A stretch of 64,000 nucleotides of DNA, from positions 15,810,001 through 15,874,000 of the forward strand of contig CATNEN010000038.1 in NCBI GenBank assembly GCA_950097015.1, in the 5' to 3' direction. Under the pieces are notes generated by a model. The model made no database searches and was not told the origin of the DNA. It worked only from the letters and a program-made list of their open reading frames with translations. This DNA comes from Macrostomum hystrix. Its lineage: Eukaryota > Animalia > Platyhelminthes. Shown piece after piece: positions 40,061 to 51,949 of the stretch (the stretch's first letter is position 1; each line of letters opens with the position of its first letter). The translations under genes were made by a program, and so were the position numbers.

Positions 40061-40329
40061 GACTGCTATAGCACCGCTTTGCCACTGAAGTAGAAGACTT
40101 TGCAGGTTCAACAGTGCCTTGTGACACCTGTGAAAATATAAATTTATTTTGCTGAGCAAATTCTTCCTCTTGTAATATGCACACCATTTTAGCTCGAATT
40201 TGTTGCACAGTTATATCTCCACCGATGCTTTTGAAATGTCTGTACTTGCAGAAAATTTTGTCTGACTACTTCCATACCCTGACCCAACATCAGGCCCTTG
40301 AAACCGATAACAAACATCAGGCAATTCAT

Positions 40330-40650
40330 GATCCCACACCAGGCCATCACCCCGCATCAGACCATGACACCACATCAGGCCACGACCCCACATCAGGCCA
40401 TGACCCACACGAGGCCATGACCCACACCAGGCCATGACCCACACCAGGCCATGACCCACACCAGGCCATGACCCACACCAGGCCATGACCCACACCAGGC
40501 CATGACCCACACCAGGCCATGACCCACACCAGGCCATGACCCACACCAGGCCATGACCCACACCAGGCCATGACCCACACCAGGCCATGACCCACACCAG
40601 GCCATGACCCACACCAGGCCATGACCCGCATCAGCCCATGACCCCACATG
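40330..40650. repeat. 17-bp minisatellite (CAGGCCATGACCCACAC)
   Basis: About 18 copies. Confidence 0.93.
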
Positions 40651-41529
40651 CGTGTGGAGCTTATTGCTCCATTTCATTCATTCCAATCCATTTATAGCGT
40701 ATAGCTCGATGCAAATTCTCTGTTTTACGGCTTATTAAGCTAAGCGTGCAATATTTAGATGCAATTCGCGCATGCAATTTCATTGCCTCTCCTAAGGTTG
40801 AAGCAGAAATTTTTTCGACTATTCAATAATTTAGGAGAGTTGAGTTTTATGCCTACTAAAATTTATTGTATCGCCCATTTCCGTTGCTCAGTGTTAAAGC
40901 TATTGCGGCCTCGCTGCGGAATCGAACTCATGACCACGCCAACGCTACCCCCAAGCGTTGCCAGCAGTTTCAAGTTAATTGTTATATGAAAATTTCCAAT
41001 AATAATGAAATCTTAAAATATCTATCTATGAATTTTGATTCTGCTTTAGATAATCGTTAAGCACTACTTGCCGCCTTCAGGTGAGTAGTTATTCCGGATA
41101 GTTTTCGCTGAAATCGATCACTCAGTGACGCCACTCGCGTTAAGGCTAAATTTTCTATATTTTGATGCACTTTCGATTAATAGCTTTTTTCACAGCCTTC
41201 CAGTGTCGAGTATTCTCTGTCATTGTGGTACCATTTTCGATTGTCATTTGATATAATTAATTAAGCAGTCAGTCACGTGCTGTTTTTTACAAAATTATAT
41301 TAGCGCGCTTTATATTATGAAACATAACTTTCGTAGTGTTTCAATATTTGTTTTTGTATTTAGCTTATGGTCGTACAAAGTATACAACATTTAATTATTC
41401 TATATTATTAACACAACTTTTATTAATTTTTGGAGCCTAAAATTCTATCAAAAAGTATCCTACTTTGGAAAAATTAAAATGAGAGTAAAATGAGAGATTT
41501 AAGTTACTACTGTAATTCAGAATTGCATG

Positions 41530-41910
41530 TCATTCAGGATTAACTATTATTTAGGATTATCTGTAATTTAGGATTACCTGTAATTCAGGATTACCTGTAA
41601 TTCAGGATTACCTGTAATTTAGGATTACCTGTAATTCAGGATTACCTGTAATTCAGGATTACCTGAAATCCAGGATTACCTGTAATTCAGGATTACCTGT
41701 AATTCAGGATTACCTGAAATCCAGGATTACCTGTAATTCAGGATTACCTATAATTTAGGATTACCTGTAATTCAGGATTACCTGTAATTCAGGATTACCT
41801 GTAATTTAGGATTACCTGTAATCCAGGATTACCTGTAATTCAGGATTACCTGTAATTCAGGATTACCTATAATTTAGGATTACCTGTAATTCGGGATTAC
41901 CAGTAATTTA
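41530..41910. repeat. 17-bp minisatellite (CAGGATTACCTGTAATT)
   Basis: About 21 copies. Confidence 0.93.
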
Positions 41911-42164
41911 TCAGCAATATTTCTGCTCTATTTCTGATTTTGCAGTAAATTGTTCTGCTTTACCATTCACTGTGCTCGATTAGACAAATTGCATACGTAA
42001 TTGAATGTTCAAGCTAAATACACACTGTTACAAGTCGGAAACTCGTCATTTAGGTTTTAAACTTGACTGTTCAACTAAAGATTTTAAACTCGTTTACTCA
42101 CATGTTCAGTGGACATAAAATAAAGCATTTTGAAGCACTGGTTACATCAGGTCTCATTCCGTCA

Positions 42165-42646
42165 CATCCACCATCCTTCAAGATCATCTCGACCACCATC
42201 CTTCAGGATTATCCAGTCCACCATCAGGATGATCTCGTCCTCCATCCTTCAGCATCATCACGTCCACCATCCTTCAGGATGATCCCATCCACTATCCTTT
42301 AAGATCATTTCGTTTCGTCCACCATCCTTCAGGATGATCCCATCCACTATCCTTTAAGATCATTTCGTTTCGTCCACTATCCTTCAGGATGATCCCATCC
42401 ACTATCCTATAAGATCATTTCGTTTCGTCCACTATCCTTCAGGATGATCCCATCCACTATCCTTTAAGATCATTTCGTTTCGTCCACCATCCTTCAGGAT
42501 GATCTCGTCCACCATCCTTCAGGATGATCTCGTCCACAATCCTTCAGGATCATCACGTCCACCATCCTTCAGCATCATCACGTCCACCATCCTTCAGGAT
42601 CATCATGTCCACCATCCTTCAGGATCATCATGTCCACCATCCTTCA
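42165..42646. repeat. About 25-bp repeat (CCACCATCCTTCAGGATCATC...)
   Basis: Tandem copies ending at the 42659 acceptor. Confidence 0.88.
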
Positions 42647-42671
42647 TTGCAAATTTCAGTTTCGGCTGCTC

Positions 42672-44420
42672 ATGGACCTGCTTCTCAGAGCTCTGCCAGC
42701 TCCCAGCTACGCGATGAAGCATCCTCATCACCAGCCATCGCAGCAACAGCAGCAGCAACATCAGCCTGGGCAACGGAAACCTCATCGTCGCAGACGCCGA
42801 CGCCAATCTGTCAGCCTGGACGCCAGCCGCCTTCTCGATCGTCGCCGAAGTCGTCAAGCTCCTGACGAAATCGACGCGGAAGCGACGGCGTCTTTCAGCA
42901 CTGAACAAGCAGGCAGGCGATTGTCAGATTGCACCGACTCTCAGCAGATTCTCATTCGTCAAAGGAATGGACAGAATCAGCAGCAGCAGCAGCAGCAGCA
43001 GGCCAAAGGTCGCACTATTTACTATTCGCTACGACAGACAGACTCTCAGATTGACTGCGGCGTCGCTGTGCCCGGAGCTCCACCGGCCACGCCACTGCCT
43101 GTTGAAAATCCTGGACTAAAATACGTGCTCAGTCTGCAGGATACGAGGGTGAGACTTCTGGAGGTCAATAGTTCGATTCAGAATTAAGAGCCGCTACGAG
43201 TAGAAGGAGGGGGAACCACGTTTCTTAAAATTAGTTTATGAGCAGAAGCTATACACATTTAAATGCGATCTTTTTTATTGTATGCAGATTCAATATATAA
43301 AGTTCTCTATTTTCAAATTTGAAATCGAGAATTTTTTCCGTAGGTTCTGTTACTTCCAGTGCTTCGATTATGAAATACATATTTATACACATTAAGCTTG
43401 ACAGAAATCGATGAAGCTATAACAAAGAAAACTTATATAAAAGTCGACACTTTGATTGGCTTCCAATCAAATACAGATGTTCAAAAATCTATCATTTCCA
43501 TTTAACCCCAAAACGTTTTTCTAAGAAATGAAGTTTGCCGCATTTTACTCCGATGGGTCATTGTTTCAAATTTTGTCTTTTTCTTTACGGAGACGCAAAG
43601 TTAATGATTTTTCCTTTTCGTGCCAATAGGCCAAGCGCGAGCTGTCACTCCGCTTAACTGAGATTCGCGAGAAGCGGAAGGATGTCGCTAAACAGTCCGA
43701 CCTGAGAGCGCAGCTGGAGGAGAGGGAGAAGGAACAGGTCAGGCTAGCTCAGCAACGTGTTGAGCAGAGGAACCGGGTGAGCACATTTTGACTGCTCAGG
43801 GATTTTTTGTGTGAAATGAGAAAACAGCAGATGTGAGAGAGAGAGAGACAGCAGGTGCGATGTAGAGAATTAAACAGCAGGTGAGAGGGAGAGAGACAGC
43901 AGGTGAGGTGGAGAGAGACAGCAGGTGAGATGTAGAGAAACAGCAGGTGAAAGGGAGAGAGACAGCAGGTGAGATGTAGAGAAACAGCAGGTGAAAGGGA
44001 GAGGGACAGCAGGTGAGAGGGAGAGAGACAGAAGGTGAGAGGGAGAGAGACAGCAGGTGAGAGGGAGAGAGACAGCAGGTGAGAGGGAGAGAGACAGCAG
44101 GTGAGAGGGAAAGAGACAGCAGGTGAGAGGGAGAGAGACAGCAGGTGAGAGGGAGAGAAACAGCAGGTGAGAGGGAGAGAGACAGCAGGTGAGAGGGAGA
44201 GAGACAGCAGGTGAGGTGGAGAGAGACAGCAGGTGAGAAAGAAAGAGACAGGTGAGAAGGAGAGACAAAGGGTTGGAGAGGCACCTAGTTGCTACATATC
44301 TACTTTAGGTAGCATCCAGCGCTCGCAAACTCATTCCAGATCTATGCGTTGAACAAGCTGATGACTGAGCTGGAGTCCTTAGACTTTCAAGTATTCCGCG
44401 CATCTAGGGGTGCCAATTAG
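42672..44420 (+). CDS. About 234 aa Gln-rich/coiled-coil protein with C-terminal SVBP (small vasohibin-binding protein, CCDC23)-like motif
   Basis: Exons 42672-43148, 43630-43776, 44340-44420, all phase 0, GT-AG. The spliced C-terminus QQRVEQRNR|IYALNKLMTELESLDFQVF resembles the SVBP core [24 protein letters not shown] recalled from human SVBP. Probable 5'UTR donor at 41081 and acceptor at 42659. Confidence 0.7.
43820..44270. repeat. 22-bp minisatellite (CAGCAGGTGAGAGGGAGAGAGA)
   Basis: About 20 copies. Confidence 0.92.
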
Positions 44421-45349
44421 CAGTATATCTAGGAAATTCTGATTAATAAAGATGATAAATCGTTTAGATCTTATATTAGTCTAGTTTTTTCTTCTTCAAT
44501 GCATCAAAAGCTTAACAAATATGGTTGTTGAAATCAACGAAAATATTTTTTTCTCACTTTTTAAACACTTTTTGTATTTGTTTTAATACTCACTCGATAC
44601 TGTTATGTAAATATAATATGCATTTTCACTAATATTTATGTATTCAAACTAATGGCGTAATAATTATTTGTCTCATGGGTACAAATGTACAAATGTACGA
44701 AACCATATTTCGTGTCAAAATGAATAAACAAAGAAAATTTAAATTTTGTAGTTCACTTCGGAATTTTTAAGGTTATCCGAGTCATCAAAAAGCAAGGATT
44801 TTTACATGATCTAACTTTTTTCAGCTTTTAGTTTCCATGTGACAATAAATCGTGTAAGCTTCGAAACAAATTTAATATACGATTTTATAATTGCTTTGTG
44901 TTTTGTTTCTTTTAAAATGATTTTCAGTTTTAACAGTTCTGTAATTTAATATACTAACGAAAACGTAATGCAACGTTAAAATAGGAGCGAAAACGAGACA
45001 GGATAGATGAAGATTTGCGTGAGAGACAAACAAAAAGATGAGAGAGTTAAGTGATAAAAATATAACTTAATATGTTACACGAGGAACAGAAAAGAGTTGA
45101 TAATTCAAAATTCAATTTACGTATGCAGAATTCCGTAAAAAACATAATACGAGTAATGCACAGCAACTACAAGAGTAAAACTATAAGCTGTTAAACAAAT
45201 ATTTATGAGGTAATAGAATAAAAGTTAGAAGTAAAGCAAAACAATCCAAGTTTCCAAAGCCTTCAAACTGGAGTTTATTATAAAACAATGGTTAAAGCTG
45301 ATTGCAGTGACGCTTGCTGCTGACCCCCTGTAATACACATAGCAGTGCG

Positions 45350-48300
45350 TCACTTGTGCACAATGCAATTCTTTAGCAGAGCCTGTCGCTCCATCTGTCG
45401 CTGCTGTCGCCGCTGCTTGCGCTTATTGCGTCGTCGCCTACCGCCTCCGCCTCCGCCGCCTCCGCCGCCGCCGCGGCGTCGTCTTTTTTCGCCAATGTCT
45501 GCGGCGGTCGGGGCGTCGCCCAGCATTTGGTCTCGGCTGGTTGACGGCGTGTTGAAGTCGATCTGTGCAGCAGAATGATTTTTTGATTTATCGATTTTTT
45601 GTTTTGGAGACTAGGTTCTAGCACATTAGTAATTTGGCCTATTTTAACTCTGATAATCATGCTGCCTGATTTGTTCAAATTATTTGGTCCAGGATTTTAA
45701 ATTTCTGTGCCTGGGATTTCTCAATCTGGGATATTAAACCTGGATTTTTAGTCTGGAATTTTCAATCTGGGATTTTCCATCTGGGATTTTCCAGCTGGGA
45801 TTTTCAATCTGGGATTTTCAATGTGGGATTTTCAATGTGGGATTTTCAATCTGGGATTTTCAATCTGGGATTTTCAATCTGGGATTTTCAATCCGGGATT
45901 TTCAATCTGGGATTTTCCATCTGGGATTTTCAATCTGGGATTTTCAATCTGGGATTCTCAATCTGGATTTTCAATCTGGGATTCTCAATCTGGGATTTTC
46001 AATCTGGGATTTTCAATCTCGCATTTTTAATCTCGGATTCTCAATCTGGGATTTCCAATCTGGGATTTCAATCTGGGATTTAAAATCTGGGATTTAAAAT
46101 CTGGGATTTGCAATCCGGGATTTTTTTCTTCCTGGATATTGCTTCAACGTGTACAATAAGTCCTTTCGGACATGAAAACTGTGTAGATAAACAAATATCC
46201 ACTGTCTCATTCGGGAACTAATTAGAGATCACTTACCCCCAGACTTTTGGCCTGCTGCAAGAATGACATCATGCACTGCCGTATGCAGTCGTGGCAGAAT
46301 TCCTGTGATTGTTTAATGCGCAAAATTACACAGAAACTTTCCTAAAAAGCAATAATAAAGCAAGAAAAGTGACAGACGCGTGCACTTACTTTTTTATCCG
46401 CATAGATGTACACCAGCCTGTCGCACTTTGCAATGCACTCCCTGCGGCATTCCAGGAAAGCGCGAAGCTTGTCTGCAGTTGAGAAGCATTGAATAAATAT
46501 GGGATAATTGAAAATCCACTTAGGATTTGTAGGATTGCGATATTTAAAAAATGAAAGTGTTGGGAATTCAGACATTTGAGAGACTATTTATATTCAGGCG
46601 TAGATAATCTGGGAGATTCTTAATACAGACCTAGATAATCTGGGAGATTTTCAATACAGTCCTTGATAATCTGGGAGATTGTTAATACAGTCCTAGATAA
46701 TCTGGGAGAGTGTTAATACAGACCTAGATAATCTGGGAGAGTGTTAATACAGACCTAGATAATCTGGGAGATTTTCAATACAGTCCTTGATAATCTAGGA
46801 GATTTTCAATACAGACCTAGATAATCTGGGAGATTGTTAATGCAGACCTAGATAATCTGGGAGATTGTTAATACAGACCTAGATAATCTGGGAGATTTTC
46901 AATACAGACCTAGATAATCTGGGAGATTTTCAATACAGACCTAATTAATCTGGGAGATTTTCAATACAGACCTAGATAATCTGGGAGATTGTTAATACAG
47001 ACCTAGATAATCTGGGAGATTGTTAATACAGACCTAGATAATCTGGGAGATTGATAATACAGACCTAGATAATCTGGGAGATTGTTAATACAGACCTAGA
47101 TAATCTGGGAGATTTTCAATACAGACCTAGATAATCTGAGAGATTGTTAATACAGACCTAGATAATCTGGGAGATTGTTAATACAGACCTAGATAATCTG
47201 GGAGATTGTTAATACAGACCAAGATAATCTGGGAGATTGTTAATACAGACCTAGATAATCTGGGAGATTGTTAATACAGACCTAGATAATCTGGGAGATT
47301 CTTAATACAGACCTAGATAATCTCGGAGATTGTTAATACAGACCTAGATAATCTGGGAGATTCTTAATACAGACCTAGATAATCTGGGAGATTTTCAATA
47401 CAGACCTAGATAATCTGGGAGATTTTCAATACAGACCTAGATAATCTGGGAGATTTTCAATACAGACCTAGATAATCTGGGAGATTTTCAATACAGACCT
47501 AGATAATCTGGGAGATTGTTAATACAGGCCTAGATAATCTGGGAGATTGTTAATACAGACCTAGATAATCTGGGAGATTGTTAATACAGACCTAGATAAT
47601 CTGGGAGATTGTTAATACAGACCTATAGATAATCTGGGAGATTGTTAATACAGACCTAGATAATCTGGGAGATTGTTAATACAGACCTAGATAATCTGGG
47701 AGATTTTCAATACAGACCTAGATAATCTGGGAGATTTTCAATACAGACCTAGATAATCTGGGAGATTTTCAATACAGACCTAGATAATCTGGGAGATTTT
47801 CAATACAGACCTAGATAATCTGGGAGATTGTTAATACAGACCTAGATAATCTGGGAGATTGTTAATACAGACCTAGATAATCTGGGAGATTGTTAATACA
47901 GACCTAGATAATCTCGGAGATTGTTAATACAGACCTAGATAATCTGGGAGATTCTTAATACAGACCTAGATAATCTGGGAGATTTTCAATACAGACCTAG
48001 ATAATCTGGGAGATTTTCAATACAGACCTAGATAATCTGGGAGATTTTCAATACAGACCTAGATAATCTGGGAGATTTTCAATACAGACCTAGATAATCT
48101 GAGAGATTGTTAATACAGACCTAGATAATCTGGGAGATTGTTAATACAGACCTAGATAATCTGGGAGATTGTTAATACAGACCAAGATAATCTGGGAGAT
48201 TGTTAATACAGACCTAGATAATCTGGGAGATTGTTAATACAGACCTAGATAATCTGGGAGATTCTTAATACAGACCTAGATAATCTCGGAGATTGTTAAT

Positions 48301-49396
48301 ACAGACCTAGATAATCTGGGAGATTCTTAATACAGACCTAGATAATCTGGGAGATTTTCAATACAGACCTAGATAATCTGGGAGATTTTCAATACAGACC
48401 TAGATAATCTGGGAGATTTTCAATACAGACCTAGATAATCTGGGAGATTTTCAATACAGACCTAGATAATCTGGGAGATTGTTAATACAGGCCTAGATAA
48501 TCTGGGAGATTGTTAATACAGACCTAGATAATCTGGGAGATTGTTAATACAGACCTAGATAATCTGGGAGATTGTTAATACAGACCTATAGATAATCTGG
48601 GAGATTGTTAATACAGACCTAGATAATCTGGGAGATTGTTAATACAGACCTAGATAATCTGGGAGATTTTCAATACAGACCTAGATAATCTGGGAGATTT
48701 TCAATACAGACCTAGATAATCTGGGAGATTTTCAATACAGACCTAGATAATCTGGGAGATTTTCAATACAGACCTAGATAATCTGGGAGATTGTTAATAC
48801 AGACCTAGATAATCTGGGAGATTGTTAATACAGACCTAGATAATCTGGGAGATTGTTAATACAGACCTAGATAATCTGGGAGATTGTTAATACAGACCTA
48901 GATAATCTGGGAGATTGTTAATACAGGCCTAGATAATCTGGGAGATTTTCAACACTGACCTTTGGGATCTATGATCAGAGGTTTTGTAAAACAATATTTG
49001 GGATCTGGTTTTGGATCTGGGAAGGTGAGATTGGGAGGGCTTTAGGCGACTAAAAACATTCGCTAATCCGGGTATCGCGTCTAGCTCAGTTTGATACTCG
49101 AAATTCGCCTCTTGCTAGTAAAGGCAAATACGTCATCAAATCAATCGATGCTAATTTATGCATACGAATACAACAGTCATCATTTCTGTTGGCTAACCAC
49201 TTTGCGATATTCCTTCGGGTAGAAATTTATTGATGGTCGTCTGGTGGTTGCCATAGCTACCGGAGGGGCGCACAGAAGCCTCAGCCGCGGACTTGGACAG
49301 GTAGCTCGAGTCGTCGATTAGGCCGATCGCAGAAATTTCGCGCACCAATGAGCTGCATAGCAACCCAAGCAGCATCAATCTCAGCTTCTTCATCAT
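45350..49396 (-). CDS. Small secreted precursor-like protein, about 164 aa (signal peptide, CxxxCxxxC motif, Arg/Gly-rich basic C-terminus)
   Basis: Exons 49396-49198, 46472-46390, 45562-45350, phases 1 and 0, GT-AG. Signal peptide MMKKLRLMLLGLLCSSLVREISA, then DKLRAFLECRRECIAKCDRLVYIYADKK, ending KRRRRG9RRRRNKRKQRRQQRQMERQALLKNCIVHK*. Confidence 0.65.
45705..46125. repeat. 14-bp minisatellite (CTGGGATTTTCAAT)
   Basis: About 29 copies. Confidence 0.92.
46600..48958. repeat. 31-bp minisatellite (TAGATAATCTGGGAGATTGTTAATACAGACC)
   Basis: About 76 copies, with a 963-bp higher-order duplication. Confidence 0.97.
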
Positions 49397-49559
49397 GAAG
49401 TGTGCTGTTTGTGGAATTTTCAGTTAGACCTGGGCGTCAGCAGAAAGAGGTAATTATTTTTCAATTCTTTCTTCTACGACAAAATATAAAATGAGAAATT
49501 TTAAGAAGCAACATATTACGGAACATCCAGAATCTGTTTGACATATTTTTAAGACAATA

Positions 49560-50380
49560 CTCCAACCTGTAATATATGAATCCTACCTGTTAGATATGAA
49601 TCCTACCTGTTAGACAATAATCCGACCTGTTAGATATTAATCCTACCTGTTAGATATGAATCCCACCTGTGAAAAAATATTCCTACCTGTTTGATATGAA
49701 TCCCACCTGTGAGAAAATATTCCTACCTGTTTGATATGAATCCCACCTGTGAAAAAATATTCCTACCTGTTAGATATGAATCCACCAGTGAAAAAATATT
49801 CCTACCTGTTACATATGAATCCCACCTGTGAAAAAATATTCCTACCTGTTTGATATGAATCCCACCTGTGAGAAAATATTCCTACCTGTTTGATATGAAT
49901 CCCACCTGTGAAAAAATATTCCTACCTGTTAGATATGAATCCCACCAGTGAAAAAATATTCCTACCTGTTAGATATGAATCCCACCAGTGAAAAAATATT
50001 ACTACCTGTTAGATATGAATCCCACCTGTGAAAAAATATTCCTACCTGTTTGATATGAATCCCACCTGTGAGAAAATATTCCTACCTGTTTGATATGAAT
50101 CCTACCAGTTATACAATAATCCTACCTGTTAGACAACAATCCTGCCTGTTAGACAATAATCATTCCTGTTAGACAATAATCCTACAAGTTAGATATGAAT
50201 CCTACCTGTTAGACAATAATCCTACAAGTTAGATATGAATCCTACCTGTTAGACAATAATCCTACCTGTTAGACAATGATCCTACCTGTTAGACAATAAT
50301 CCGACATGTTAGATATGAATCCTACCTGTTAGACAATGATCCTACCTGTTAGATATGAATAGTACCGGTTAGGTATGATC
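49560..50380. repeat. 20-bp minisatellite (TCCTACCTGTTAGATATGAA), partly a 40-bp dimer
   Basis: About 40 copies. Confidence 0.93.
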
Positions 50381-51949
50381 TAGACTGTTTGAACCAGAAA
50401 ATATAGATGTAACGTGCTAGATATACAAGTAATAAACGTGCTTCATATTGGTCTAACCAGTTAGACATGACCTGTTAGATACTTTATTATCGTTCAGACC
50501 ATGAGATTCGAAGCAAAAAAGATACAACTGAGTAAATTGTCAGAATTAGAAAAGCCATAGAATTTATGAGAAATGCACTCACTTAGTTGACTTCGCCTGC
50601 AATTACTGTTTGGCAAATAGTCAAATATTTAGAGATTTAAAAAGATCTTGAGTTCTCTACAAGGTCCCTATTTGGCAGCACGCGACAGTATAAATACACG
50701 CCAATTTCTCATTGGATTTCCTATCGGGCTAATTAATTCAAGTGATTCGACGGACAAAACTAAAAATGTTAATAATTCTCAACAGCCATTGGCTCGTGCG
50801 CAGGGGCGCAGGGATCGACAAATATAGAGAGGCCGGGCCACATTCTGTAAAGATTCTGCAATGCGGTGAGAACACTTTGTCAGAGAGAGAGAGAGAGAGA
50901 AAGAAATGGTCAGTGCATTGTTCCGAACATTCCCCAATATGAAGAATGATAACACCGTGAGCACACATGCACTTGAGTTGGCACTATTTAATAGGTTACA
51001 GCAGCTGTCTTAGCTCAATTAGGCGTGGGAGAGAATTAATAATACTCGTACTTGGGCCCGAGCCACCCACACTGCTTTTAGCTCTTGTTATCTTCTTTCA
51101 GTCGGATAGCGTGAATCTATACCTGCGCCAGTTTACACTCTCACGGTATGGTTGGTCACTGGAGGCGAGACACGGCTCACACTGCTGCCACAGCCGCCAT
51201 TGATGAAGACAATATGAGCTGCGCTAAGAGAAAGTGTTTGCTTTTTCAAGGGCCGGGCAACGCCTGCTGTATATTGCAGCATTGCGCATTGCACTGCAGT
51301 GCGAAGGTGAAGACTCAGACACCACGAGAGGCGAACACAAATTTCTTCGTTCTCGCTTTTTTCACAGCGACGCAAATTAGACTAATAATTTACTAGTAGT
51401 TTACGGCTCTACAGTCTGAAAAAAACAACTGCATGAGAACAGATTTCAATCTCACAGCAAACTCTTTGAATACACAATGAATATACATTATAGAATTTTC
51501 TTACGTGCGATCAATGCTAATAGGCCGAAAAAATCGACTCTTTACATATTATATAGGTTTTTGTCATAAATAAATATTACCTACGTATTGCGATAATTAT
51601 CATTTCTTGTTTAGCAGAAACTAATACAATTCATATCTTCAATTATTATATTAGCCCCAATGGCAGAATATGAAGAAACTATAAATCTCTTCGGCAGAAA
51701 AAAGGTTGAACAAAGGTAAAAAAGAACTGATTTTTCTCTCAATGCGCAGTCTAGGACGGTATAATGCTTTTGAGTCACATTCGCGATAATCAAAGTTGGC
51801 AAATAATGAAACTTTGCCAAATGCACAGAAAATACTGTGCACACAAACTATGGGCATGGCAAATTACAGAAACAATTTTATCTGTTTAACATATTGATAA
51901 CATTCTGTGAGTGTGGCCACGGAAAATATCTAATATCTAGTGGGTAGTG

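Noticed and set aside
18062-50380. Regular repeat arrays as CRISPR candidates
   Set aside because: The units are head-to-tail with no unique spacers, there are no cas genes, and the context is eukaryotic.
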